NCBI GenBank assembly: GCA_028534125.1
Contig: CM052816.1
Location: 47,866,001 to 47,930,000 of the forward strand
DNA from: Lama glama
Lineage: Eukaryota
DNA: 64,000 bases
Direction of reading: 5' to 3'
Below are positions 12,780-26,024 of this stretch, piece by piece (positions within the stretch are counted from its first letter, which is position 1; every line of letters starts with the position of its first letter). Below the pieces are notes generated by a model, which made no database searches, was not told where the DNA came from, and saw nothing but the letters and a program-made list of their open reading frames with translations. The position numbers and the translations under genes were made by a program.

Positions 12780-15555
12780 AGAAAACCCCATTTACAATAG
12801 TAACAGAAAGATTAAATACCTAGGGATAAACTCAACAAGGAATGTAAAAACATCTATGAGTAAAACTTTGAAATTCTTCTGAAAGACACTAGAGTAGACT
12901 TGAACAAATGGAAAGACACCATTCTTGGATATGATGACTCAATGTCCTAAAGCAGACAGTTATCCCTAAGTTAATTTATAAATTGTGCAAAATCTCAATA
13001 AAAATACCAACAGACTTAATCATACTATAGAGTTATATAAGTTTACACTAAAGTCCATAAAGAAAAACAAACATGCCAGAATAGGCAGGAGAAACTAAAA
13101 AGTATGAGGGAGGGACTAGCCTTTTCAGACATTAAAACATACTATAAAGTAAGCCTCTATAATTAAAACAGTATGGTATTGTCACATGAATAGACAGACA
13201 CATCAGTGGAATAGAATAGAAAGCCCAGAAATGTACCCAAGTAGATACGCAAATTTAGCATAGTATAAAGAAGGCATCTCACATCACAGGAACAAAAATG
13301 GACTTTTTAATAATCAGTATTGTGACCGCTGGGTAACCATTTGAAACAAGCATAAAATCAGATCCATACCTCACCCTTTTCATAAGACTAAATTCCAAAT
13401 GAATTAGAGATCTAAATGTGAAAAAAGAAACCATACAGGCATTAGAAGGAAACATGGGTGAATTTCTCTTTAACCTCAGAGTAAGGAAAGACTCTTTAAC
13501 TATAATTAAAATTCAGAGGCAATAAAAGAAAACATAATAAATTTGACTACATGAAAATAAAAATCAGTTCCATGATAAAAAACCTATAAAGTCAAAAGAA
13601 AACTGACAACTTGGGAGAAAATGTTTGCAATATGTACGATAGGCCAAAGGTTAATATCCTCAATACATTAAAAAATACTTAAAGTTGAGCAAAAGGGACT
13701 AAAAATCTAAAAGAGAAATAGGAAAAAAATGCAAACAATTCACAAATATATATATATATTATAAATAGCCCTTAACCGCATGAAAAATATTCACACTTGT
13801 ACATAGAATAATGCAAATGAACACAATGCTGAGATACCACTTACTACCTATAAGATTAACAAATATTGAAAAGTTTAACAACTTAGTTTGTTAACAAGGC
13901 TTTGGGGAAATTGGCACTCTCAAATTACTGGAGAGAATGCGAATTGGTATAAGTCTTCTGGAGAGAAATATGACAATAACAAAACAACATATGACCTTGT
14001 CTTTTGATCTAACAATCCCATTTCTAAGAACTTAAGATACATTTCAAACTATATGAAAATACAAATGCACAATGATATTCATGACAACACTATTTGTAAT
14101 TGCAAAATACTATAAGCAATCTAAATGCCCAGACACTGAAGAGTAGTTGAATAAGTAATGGTACATCTGAGAATGGAGTACAAGGCGGTTGTAATAAGGA
14201 ATGAGGAATAACTCTGTGCACTTACAAGGAGTGATTTTTAGTACATATTATTCAATAAAAAAATAAGTTGCAAAAGACTGTTTATATTATGTAGCCTTGT
14301 TTTTTTTTGTAAAAAGATATGTAAAAGGGCTATGTGAAATATACATTTATCTGTTCATTTGTGCAAAAAGAAACAGAGGAAGAATAAACCAGAAACTGCA
14401 AAGAGCAGTTTCCTAGAGGTTATGGGTGGGAGTGTGGTATCTTGCAATGACCTATAATGAATATATATATATATGTGAATCACTATGCTGTACACCAGAA
14501 ATTAACACAACATTTTATATTGACTATACTTCAATTAAAAAAAGAATCGGGAGCAGGTCGGAGGTAGAGGGGATGAGGATCAGTGCTTCTCTAAGGAAGC
14601 TTTTTAAGTAGTTCTGACTCTTAGAACCATGTTAATGTTTCACATCCTTAAAAAATAAAAGTAACCACAATAAGGATGGAATCTAAATGAAAATACAGTC
14701 ACAAATGAACCTAACTGTATTACAAATGAGTTAGATAACCACCCTGAAGTGGGTGAGGAAGAAAAGAGCTAATCTAACTTCAGGAAACAGCATTTTGACT
14801 ATATACGAAAAGGCTAAAGACAAGAAGAATTCATGCAAATACTGTACTCTAGTTAGTAATGTGAGTTAGCAAATTTGAAACTACTTTATGTATATTCTAG
14901 AATCGAGAAAATTAGCAAATATATTCTAGATAATGAGAGACAAATTTTTCACTTCTTGAAGAAAAAGTTGTAAATAGGGAAGTGGGGAAGGCTAGACACT
15001 GCAGTGTTGCAGTAGATTCAGAAACACGGTTTTCATTTTTTATACAGATATAGAAATAGATAAAGAGGTGTGTATGTGTGAGTAGATGTATTTTCTAGCT
15101 CTGTCCTCTAAAAGGGGCCAGAAGCAGTACACTGTAGTAGCAATGAGTATATCTAGCTTCTACATTAGATCTCAAACACAGTTTTTCAGATAAAACAGAT
15201 CAAGACCCCTTGGAGAAATGGCTGGTGTGAGGACTAAAACAGGATAAACACAAGATGAATCTGGAATATCTTGTGGTGCTGGAAAGTAAAGAAGCGTTAA
15301 AAAATTAATATGAGTGAGCTGAAAATATACAGAAGCCAAGTCGAAGGAGCCCCCAACCCAAGGCTGAAACAATTTGAGCAAAAAAATTATTAGAGTAATG
15401 GATTATAACATTATACTGAAGAAATGTCTATACATCCATAATGGAATGAATAAATGAATGGAGGAGGGAAAGCTCTTTCTTACAGTAGAATTCCAGTTAA
15501 AAAAATGAGCAAGGAGTGATAGAAATAAAACATCACCATCTGGAAAATCCCACAG
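12780..15555 (+). mobile_element. Old L1 (L1MC4/L1MC-like): 3' part of ORF2 plus long 3'UTR
   Basis: Decayed ORF2 sequence (ccatttacaatag...aaatacctagggataaac...aacaaatggaaagac; cagtggaatagaatagaaagcccagaaat). L1MC-type 3'UTR (aaatgaacctaactgtat; cttggagaaatggctg; caagatgaatctggaatatcttgtggtgctggaaagt). Confidence 0.8.
14438..14543 (+). mobile_element. Short young L1 3' end nested in the old L1
   Basis: acctataatga...gaatcactatgctgtacaccagaaattaacacaacatt...actatacttcaattaaaaaaa, homologous to 34890-35019. No clear TSD. Confidence 0.8.
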
Positions 15556-16147
15556 AGGAGAGACCTGGTAGACATTTTCTCAGGTAATTTTTAGGCATGC
15601 TAAAATCTGAGAACTGGTTACAGTGGTAGATTTTTGGTGTTTTTATTATATATGGATAAGCCTGCATTTGTGTCATTAGTAAATTTTTCCCAAGTATGGT
15701 GATATTTCAGTCAATTTTTGAAGTTAAAGTTCTGTGCATTGTGCTGAACTGATAGGCTCATTCATAGGGGTGCTGTCAATTTAAAGAAGGGGTTTCTGAT
15801 AAGGATTATATGATATGTACCTGTAGATACTATGGCTGAATAAATTATTTTGGAAAAGATCATATTAAACAAGAAAATTACTAGGAAGAAAAGCAAAGTG
15901 GATTACATGTAGATTCTAAATCAGTTTGACTCGGTAAAAAAGTGTTGTGCAAGTAAAGTTCTTACTTAAGATTAATATATTTTTAATTTTCTATAGCTGG
16001 TATTTTTTTCTAACTAGCTGAATGTAGGACATCTCAAGGAATGAGCTAAGGCCACAAGGCAGTAAGCCCCCATGAACACAGTAATGCTGCCTGATAATGA
16101 ATGATGGAAAATAAAACTCTTGGTATGGTGGTGCCCATCAGTGGAAA

Positions 16148-16259
16148 GTTTTTCTTTTTTTTTTTTCCCCTTTTCTCTTTCCTTTCTCCTTCCTTCCCTC
16201 CTTCCCCCTCCTTTCCTGCTTTCCCTTCTCTTTCCTTTTTCTTTTCTTCTTTTTCCTTT
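16148..16259 (+). repeat. Polypyrimidine (CT-rich) low-complexity tract
   Basis: About 110 bp almost entirely C/T. Confidence 0.85.
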
Positions 16260-19200
16260 GAGGCTCTGTGAAATAATTTTGATATATTTTATCGAACAGT
16301 ACAGAAAATATTAGTTAACTGAAAAGTCAGTACTATGCATACAACAAGGAGGAGAATACATTTTTAGTTTCCATTTGCCCACAATGAACTTTATCTGAGC
16401 CTTGTACTTCCAGAAAGAAATTCTCCTTTGTGTTCTGTAAAATGGCCAACCACAGCAGACCACCTGCTATCTCATTTCGAGATAGTATCTACGTCTACCT
16501 TCCCTCACTGACTCAGCACACATCCCCATCCTTCTCGTGATCCCGACAGGACTCTCAGGTGACTCCCTTGTCTACTTGCCTCTATTAAGCCCTATCCACC
16601 ACTCTTTTTCTTTCAGACGGGCCTCATTAATGAATATTCACATTTCCCTTATTATAAAACTCCAAATAAAATTATTTTCTTAAATTTCCAGTGCATTTTT
16701 TCCTTTATACCACTTATAATACTGTTTTAAATTGTATTTTTTTTTTAGTACATAGTTTACATCCATGTGGAGTTCTCTAAGTGGGGTAGGTTAGTTTCAG
16801 AGAGCAGCTATATATGCAAATGCTTCAAATCCTTAATTCCCCTTTTAATTAGACTCTTTCTCCACCAGTTTGCTTCAGTTTATTAACAATAGGTATTCTA
16901 AATGTTGAATTTCCAATATGAATAATGATACGTATTTTAAATGTTGAATTTCCAATATTCTTTTTGCTGGTTAGAAATAAATTTAATTTCACTTATGCCA
17001 ACAAATTCTCTAAGATGTAGATCACATATCGCACAAAATTAAACTTTCAGTGTGTGATTTGCTCTAAGCCCAAATGAAAATATTTTCTTATATCCATCTT
17101 TAAAAAAAAAAAGAAAGAAGGAAAGAAAAAGAAAAACGATCTTCAGTATCTCCTGGGCTTTAACTAAACTTGTATCTGCCTAATGTCAGGTCTGGCATTT
17201 TTTTCCACTTCAGTAAAAGGAAGGAAGTGGTGCCACAAATTTTTGTCAAGAAAATCCAAAATTTTTCCTAACATCAGTGGAAATACAAGCCTCTCCTGTT
17301 TGAAGAAGCAGAGCTCGGTAAAGGCTGTCACGCAGAAACGTCCAAACAGCCTCATCAGTTCAATCTTGTGTGTCTGACCAGAGTGTGCTTGTGGTGTCGG
17401 GCTCTCTTCTCACCTTGAGTGTTGTTCACTGTCATCACCTCCTACAGTCTCTGCCCTTCTAGTATTATCTCTCATAAGAGGTTAAGAAAAATTGGAGGGA
17501 GTTGCTGATCAGCAAGCAGGAACTGTCAAAGCATCAGTCATTCTGGCCTTCCTCCCAAGAAACCAAATTATTCTCCCAGCCAGCCTCCTCACTGCTCTCT
17601 GGGCTCAGGTTTAAAACTGTCTGAACTCTCCCAGATGGCGCTCGACGTGTGATTGTGTCATTCCACCAAGAAGCCACTCAAAGGGCATTTTCTCAGTTTG
17701 ATTTATATTTTCCTTTTATCTCGAATATGTTCCCAGGAACACAAAGTCCTTCTTCGTCATGCTTGCCTGGCTTCCTTCTTGTGTTCCATGGTTCGTCCAT
17801 TTACTAGACTGAGGGGGTACGAAGCATTTTTCTTTGTTCCAGATTTGGTATTTCCATACCAAGCATTTCGTTGTTATTTGCATTTGCATCATTCATGTGT
17901 GTATGTGTGTAGTACATAAATCTTGAAATATTTAGAGACTCTCCATCAAACAATCAAGTGTTTGGACACTGAAAAAGAAGGAGCGTTTTCCCCTGAATAG
18001 TTTTCAGAAAGAGGCTATTTATGAATATATAATATTTCAGTAGTTCAGATATAATGTTTTAAAATGAAGTCAAGTCTATATTTGAAAACATGAGAAAGCA
18101 CTGGCATATGAAACCAATGGTATGGTTTGTCTTGTCCATTTTAATGGTGTGAATGGTACCACTTATCTTAAAATACAGAATGCTGTGAAAAGGTTGCTGC
18201 TGTCAAAGAATTTAGAAGCTAGCCATGTTGACAACTGAACAGAAATTATATACAGGCCTTAGACATAGAATGTAGACCTTAGAATTTCATCCTTAAAATG
18301 CTTAGGGATAAATTTCAGCAGTCTTAGGCAATGAGAAATTTCTGTAATTCACTTAAGATAAAAGAGAAAACAGTATGGGGGAGAAGGTAAAAAGGGGGCA
18401 GACTTTATCAAAGAAGAAAATGGATTTGTGTTCATTTCTGTGCTTCTGATTTTCCATTCCATGCTCATTTTTTCCTCCACCAACATCCTAATGTTTAACT
18501 GATTCAGCTTAAGAATGAAAGTAACTCTTTCACTTGGTATTTGGATTTCCTAAGAAAGACCCTTGATGAATTGTGAGAGGCAATTTATTTACAAGGGAGG
18601 GAAGGCTCTCTTGTTCCTTGTCAGTTATTGACTAATCCCAACTCAGAATGTCTCTGACTTCTTTCAATGTAACAAATACATTTCATGGTAATTAACTCTG
18701 TGTAGTGGCACACAGACTCAAAGCTCCCAAGGTTTCTTCTTTACCTTGGTAAGTGATGCTGAAATCCAGGAGATAGCAAAATACAGTTGGTTCAGAGGAG
18801 AGGATGGAGAGAGATTATCTGAAAACATTGTGGAGTGTGTTCTGGACCATAATGTTACTACACATACACACACATACTTATGTGTATATACACATACACA
18901 CATATAATGGTAACCAACTGTTACCATCCTTATCTGACTCACTGGGATATTTTCAACTGAAACATAAGGTAAACATCCTTTTACTTTCTCACAAAGGTGC
19001 TAAAAGGCACAGAAGTGATGAACCCAAGTCAACCCATTAACATCATCTTTAATTGGATAAATCAAGTCCCTTAACCCTCTTCAGATAAAGCCAATTGTTT
19101 TACTTGCCATGTTTCTTATCCCTAGTCAGATTTAGTAAACTGTTAGTTAAATTTAAAACACAACTGAAAGACTAAGAGTGCCTACATGTACTTTAGACTG

Positions 19201-21813
19201 ATTTAATAGTCACTCATTGACACAAGAATATGTATCACACACCCAGCAGGTACAAGGATCTGAGGAATTAAAAATGGAAAAGGTAAATGAGGTTCCTACC
19301 TTCATAAATACTGTATTTTAGTCTGAAATAACCAGTTAACACTTGGTAAATTAGCGACAGTACCTTTTGTTTTTCCTTGAAGAATTAATCAATTTTTAAA
19401 ATGTATTTCTTTAAAAAATTACTAAGACCTGCTATGCGCTAATCACAAGAGGCTCAAGTATCAATATGTCAGGGAGTGCCCTATCTCTCACAGAGCTTAG
19501 TGTCTTTAATTACTGTGGAGTTGCCTCTAAGCTGAGTCTCTGTTCATGATATTAGCACAAAAGGCAAAAATCAAAGAAAGCCACATTACATCAAATATTC
19601 TTTGGGAAGATGACTCATCAGAGATCAACATACTATTGCTCCATAAGTCCACAGAGATCATCCCACTGCCCTTTCAGCCCTAGTCATGTGAATCACTATT
19701 AGGGGTGGAATCAGATAGAGTAAATCGTTTGACTATGTTGTTCAACGCCCCCTCCAAAATCATGTCTTTGAAAATTAGAATCCCACTCAGCTTGGAATGC
19801 ATCTGTGATGAGAGACCTTTAGGAACTGAGACTCTATGTGGAAAGAATTTATTCACATCTGCCAACTTATATTCATTCCAGGACATGAGGTCACTGAGTG
19901 GAACAGTGAATAGAAACACCTCACTACTTAAGTTCTCAATCTCTTTCCCCACTGTGCTCAGCAAAACTACACTGCTGATTTTGGAGAAAGTTAAACAACA
20001 TTCAAATAATTGTATCTCAGCTATTTACAGTTCCTGGGCAACAAATCATTTTGAATACTGCTAAATCACCTTCCAAGTAAATATATCTGCTGTGTTCCCT
20101 GTGTTTCCCTTACCCAATTAACTAAAGCTTAGTGAACATAATTTAATCTTTTCTTAGTGAATCAATATAAATTATTCAATTTTAAGTCAATAATTGTGCT
20201 TAGTTTTAATATAGTAATCCTCGAAGTAGACAAGTTAAAATAAGTTCAGCAAAAGAGCTTGATGTAACGTTCTTCACCCTACTTGATTATCAGTACTCAT
20301 TTCCTGTTGACCTCAGTGCACCTATCTGCTTGTCTGTAGCCTCCTATCTCCCTCCTTTATAGTCTTATGGGAAGCCATTGAGAGAAATTTGACAGTGTTT
20401 GTATAAAATAAGATTAAACAGACTTTGACCCAGGGCCTGAGATTTTTCTTTTTAACTGAAATATATGAAGATATAAGAATGGTGAGCTCCTGTTTAGCTA
20501 TTTGGAACATGTCCACCACCACACTCTTAGATAAAATTACTATATAACCTAGAATGAAACTGTAATTGACTGATTCAATTCAAATGTTTAAATCAGTTAC
20601 AAGCAGAGATGGCCCATAGAGAATACAAATTGTTTACAGTGTGAAGGATCTGTTTTTTGATTCTCAGAAGATGTACACACGCTTCTTTGTATCTGTGAAC
20701 ATTTATTCCAGAATAAGTGTAAATGGAAAGTTACTCTAGGACTGACTTAAGCCTCCCTTGGTTTTCACTCAATGTGGTTTCAGTGTAGCTTGTAACTACA
20801 AAGTTGCATTAACTAAAATTAATTAAACCCATTGGCTTCAGGAGAAGTGGAACATTTATGAATTTACTCAGTAAAATATTTTATTTATTAGATCATAAGT
20901 ATTGGGCACTGTTTCAACTGTTGAAGCTATGAAGATGGACAGATAGTGTACATACCTTCAAGAGATCAGCACATGGCAGAAAAGCTAGGGTGGACTTCTT
21001 CTCAAGGTAACGTTAATAAGTCTGCACCTGGAAGCATCCCTTCTGTTCATTTTTTGTTTTTGTTTTCTCCTGAGTAATGATCTCTGTATTACTCTGTCCA
21101 ATCTTGATACATAAACACCCACCCTCATCCCTGCCCTGAAGCATACCAAAGCCTTGAGACTCCTCTTCTAAACAAATAACAGAGAAAACAAGAAAGCAAA
21201 AAAAGATAATAAAATCTCTATGGTCTAGAAATTGGAGAGAAATACATAGCCATGACCAGGACAGAAGTTATGATCTTGTTGAATTTTAGATCCAGAAGCA
21301 GGTAGAGGTCACTGGGTGTTCCACATGAGGAGAGAATGGATCTGCATCTTGTATGGGGTGAGTCACTCCAGCTCATGAAAGAAGTATGAAAAAAATCTGC
21401 TGCAGACAATCTATAGCTTAACACTCCATCTTAGAGAGGTAGGAGGAGACAGACATAACTTGTAGAAGTAAACTAAACCACCTTCTAGTAGGGGAACAAG
21501 AGCTGTGATATCTAACCTATCACTTGGACAGAAATCTTATCCATCAATATAAGACCAAATAAAGAGTAAAGTCCTCAGGGGACTAGATGGAGTCAATCAG
21601 GGGGTTAAGTAGGGTGAGGAAAAAAAAACAGAACAACCCATTCAAATTGTATTACAATCTAAAATTTCAAAGAAAAATACTTTCCCAATCAATAATTAAA
21701 ATAAAGATTTGATTCTGGTGACAGTAAAATAACACAGGGATTTGAAAAAGATATTAAAATAAGTATGTTATTATATAATTATAATAAGTATACTTGTTAA
21801 AATAAGCATGATT

Positions 21814-24176
21814 CATTGAAAGGATCACACACCATGACCAAGCAGGATTTATCACAGGAATGGAAGAATTTTTCAATATCCACAAATAAATCAATGTGAT
21901 ATACCACATTAACAAACTGAAGAATACAAACCTTATGATTATCTCGAAAGATACAGAAAAAGCTTTGAGCAAAATTCAGCACCCATTTATGATATATAAC
22001 TCTCCAGAAAGTGGGCATAGACGGAACATACCCTAACATAATAAAGACCATATATGACAAACCCATAGCTAACATTCATACTTGACAGAGAAAAGCTGAA
22101 AGCATTTCCTCTCAGATCAGGAACAAGAAAAGGATGCCCATTATTGCCACTTTCACTCAGTCTAGTTTTGCAAGTCCTAGCCACAACAATCAGAGAAAAA
22201 ATAAAATGAATCCAAACTGAACAAGAAGTAAAATTGTCACTGTTTGTAGATGACATGACACCTTACATAGAAAATCCTAAAGATGCCAACAGAAAACTAC
22301 TAGAACTCATCAATGAATTTGGTATAGTTGCAGGATACAAAATTATTATAAAGGAATCTGTTATTTTCCATACACTACAATGGAACATCAGGAAGAGATA
22401 TTAAGGAAACAATCCCATTTACCACTGCATCAAAAATAATAAGTAAGAACAAACCTATCTAAGGAAGTAAAACTGTAAGATACTGATGAAAGAAACAAGA
22501 TGACATAAACAACATGGAAAGAAATACCATGTTCTTAGATTGGAAGAACTGGTATTGTTAAAATGACCATATTACCCAAAGCAATCTACAGATTCAGTGC
22601 AATCCTTATCAAAATATCAATGGCATTCCATATAAATTTTAGGATTATTTGTTCTACTTCTGTGAAAAATGTCCTGGGCAAGTTGCTAGGAGGTGCATTA
22701 AATCTATAGATTGCTTTGTGTAGTACAGCCATTTTAGTACCACAGAATTACAAGGGATCATAAGAGATCACTAGAAAAATCATATGCCAATTAAATGGAC
22801 AGTCTAGAAGAAATGGACTAATTCCTAGAAATGTACATCTCCTGAGACTGAACCAAGAAGCAACAGAAAATACAAATAGACCAATTACCAGTAATGAAAC
22901 GGAATCAGTAATTAAAATAAAAAAAATCCCAGTGAACAAAAGTCCAGGACCAGATGGCTTTACAGGTGAATTCTACCAAATATTTAGAAAAGGGTTAAAA
23001 CCTATCCTTCTCAAACCATTCCAAAAATTTGCAGAGGATAGAATGCTTCCAAACTCATTCTACAAGGCCAACATCACCCTCATACCAAAATCAGACAAAG
23101 ATATTATAAAAAAAGAAAATTACAAGCAAAACCCACTGATGAACACAGAAGCAAGAATCTCAACAAAATACTAGCAAACAGAATTTAAAAATACATTAAA
23201 AGGATTATACACCACAATCAAGTGAGATTTACCCCAGGAATGCAAGGATGTTCGATACCTGCCAATCAATGGACATGATACACCACATTAACAAACTGAA
23301 GAATAAAAATCATACGATTATCTCAATAGATGCAGAAAATATTTGGACAACATTCAATACACTTTTATGATAAAAACTCTCCACAAAGTGGGTATAGAGG
23401 GATCAAAGTTCAATATAATAAAGACCATATATGTCAAGTCCATGGCTAACATCATACTCTATGGTAAAAACTGAAAGCATTTCCTCTAAGATCAGGAACA
23501 AGACAAGGATGTCTACTCTCACCATTTTTATTCAACACAGTACTGGTTGCCACAGGGGAGGGGAGTGGGGTGAGGAAAAAAATAGACGAGGGAGATTAAG
23601 AGATACAAACTTCCAGCTGCAAAATAAATGAGTCATGGTATGAAACGTACAGTATAGAGAATATATTCAATAACTATGTAATATCTTTTTATGGTAACAT
23701 ATCTTAACTAGACTTTTCATGGTGATCATTTTTAAATGTATAGAAATATTGAATCATTATGTTGTATAACAGGAACTAACAGAGTTGTAGGTCAATTATA
23801 CTTCAAATACCAACCAACGAGCCAATGAACTCATATCAAAAGATCAGATTTGTGGTTACCAGAGGCAGGTGTGGGGAAGAGAGATTGGATGAAGGCAGTC
23901 AAAAAGTACAAACTCCCAGTTGTAAGTAAGTACTAGGGATGTAATGTACATAATAAATTAACACTGTTGTATGTTATATGTAAAAGTTGTTGAGAGTTCT
24001 CATCAGAAGAAAATTTCTATATTTTTAGTTGTGTATCCATATGAGGTGATGGATGTTCACTAATTGATTGCGATAATCATCTCATGATATATGTAAGTCA
24101 AATCATTCAGCTGTATACCTTAAACTTTTATAGTTCTGTATGTCAGTTCCATCTCAGTAAAACTGGAAGAAAAAAA
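21814..24176 (+). mobile_element. Rearranged L1 mosaic: ORF2 fragments out of order, an inverted piece, then 3'UTR
   Basis: 21814-22627 RT region (+); 22628-22736 L1 (-); 22738-23548 earlier ORF2 including [16 protein letters not shown] (+); 23549-24176 3'UTR ending atctcagtaaaactggaagaaaaaaa. Confidence 0.85.
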
Positions 24177-24189
24177 GGCAGAGTTTTTA

Positions 24190-24480
24190 AAAAGGGTCAA
24201 AGATACTTCAGCTAACTATTTTTCAGCAATGAGAGCTGTTGCAACATACTGAAACAACAGCTTCAAAGTGCTAAAGAAAAATAACTGTCAGCAAAGAATT
24301 TTATATCAGCCAAATAACTGTTCAAAATGTGAGCAAAGCAGGAGTATTTTCTGACATCAGACACAGTTTACCACCCACACACCCTCACATAAAGAACCAG
24401 CAAAGTATTCACTCAGCAAGAAGTTAAACAAAAGAACAGAAGGAAAGTGTCAGATGCAAGAAACAAGAAGAGAAAATTGG
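24190..24480 (+). mobile_element. Ancient L1/HAL1 ORF1 C-terminal relic
   Basis: cttcaaagtgctaaagaaaaataactgtcagcaaagaattttatatcagccaaa corresponds to the decayed FKVLKE.N.QPRILYPAK motif. Confidence 0.6.
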
Positions 24481-24519
24481 GTAAAACCACACTAAGACAA
24501 TGTTTTTAAAGGAAGTTTC

Positions 24520-24709
24520 TTAGCTGTTCAATATAGTAGCCACTAGCTATATGTAACTATTTAAATTTTAATTAATTAAAATTAAATGAAGTTAAAAATT
24601 CATACCAGCCACATTTTAAGTGCTCAGCAGCCACACGTGGCTAATGACTGTTGGGCAGTGTGGATACAGAATATTTCCTTCATTTCAGAAAGTTTTATTA
24701 GGCAGCACT
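24520..24709 (-). mobile_element. MER3-like hAT-Charlie DNA transposon
   Basis: gctgttcaatatagtagccactagc...aattaattaaaattaaat...agccacacgtggcta...cagaaagttttattaggcagcact. Confidence 0.8.
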
Positions 24710-25294
24710 AGTGATAGTTCAGGGAACCCTGGAAAGCCATGTAATTTACATTTTTAAAGTACATAGAAAGAGTATAAATAGATGATATATCCACTGACAT
24801 GAACAGTTTATTCAATATAATTTTATTTTTATTTTGTGTGGCAATCGGTAGATGGAATAAAATTATTTCCCAGTTTCGTTTACAGATCACCTCATACTGG
24901 GTAAGGTCTTGGTAAGCATAGCAAATTAGCCTCAGTTATTAAAATCTTTAAAAGCATACCTTAAAAAGAGTAAATCTGGAAAGTCATCTTTCTATTTGTT
25001 TATCTTTTTTTTACAGTCATATGCATTTGGACAACATACAACCAAACAAAAAACATCAAAACAAAATAGAAAACAGTAATAACAAAACCGCCTATTGATT
25101 TCACATGAATTCAGGCCTCATTTTGCAATAGTAAAGGAAATTTACAAAAGACCCAAATGCTGTTTTGAAATCTCTTCATAGCTTTTATCATAAATTGTGT
25201 TACAGTCTTAGATAAACAGAGTCGAGCTAATTGGATATTTTTAAGTAGATTAATCAGGCTTTACTTTTTTAACAATGTCTACGAAACTGTTGGT

Positions 25295-25715
25295 TCATTC
25301 ATTGATTTGCTCACTTATTTAACTTCATTCGTTTAACATAAAAATTATGTTGTATGCCTACTATGTTCTAGGCACTGTGCTAAGCCTTGGAATTTATTAG
25401 TAATCAAGACATAATCCTTGCCTTTAAGAAGTTTTTTAGTGTAAGACACAAACTTTAGATAGGATCATTGGAAATAGCTATATCTATAGTTCAAAAATGG
25501 TTGAATATTGACAATTTCATATGCTTAACACACAATTGATTTTAATTCAGATTAGTAAATCTGCAATAAGCATAAGTGCATCCTGCTGCTCTGAGATCAT
25601 CTACGGGATCCTAGGTTATCCAGGAGTGCTTCTTGGAAGGTATGAAGCCTGAGTTCAGATGTGTAAGGAGAGTTAAGAGTTGGGACAAGAGGAAAAAACG
25701 TTCTAGGTAGGAAAG
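25295..25715 (-). mobile_element. L2 3' fragment
   Basis: ttcattcattgat...tgcctactatgttctaggcactgtgctaagccttgg...ccttgcctttaagaagttt. Confidence 0.6.
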
Positions 25716-26024
25716 TCAACCTGTCAGTGAAAGACTCTTACAAATTAATCTGCTCTGACCAGCATGTGAGGTTTGGAGAATCACCTATTAATAATTACTA
25801 AGCATGTCAGGATACATAGAACAATGGTGAAGGTGTCTTCTTTTTAAAAAGTTTCCATTTATTAACTATATGAACTAAGAGTTAGTAATTAGAGGAAATG
25901 AGGGAGGAGAGCACAGTTTTTGGTGACAGATCAAGGTTTAAATTTCACTTTTAGGCTTGTAACTTTGAGCAATTTACTTAAGATCTGAATCTTAGCTCTT
26001 TGTCTTAAAAAAGGCAAAGATAAT

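Noticed and set aside
19680..20064. Overlapping ORFs on both strands (94 and 119 aa)
   Set aside because: Non-ATG starts and no family resemblance I can recognise; within chance expectation for 64 kb.
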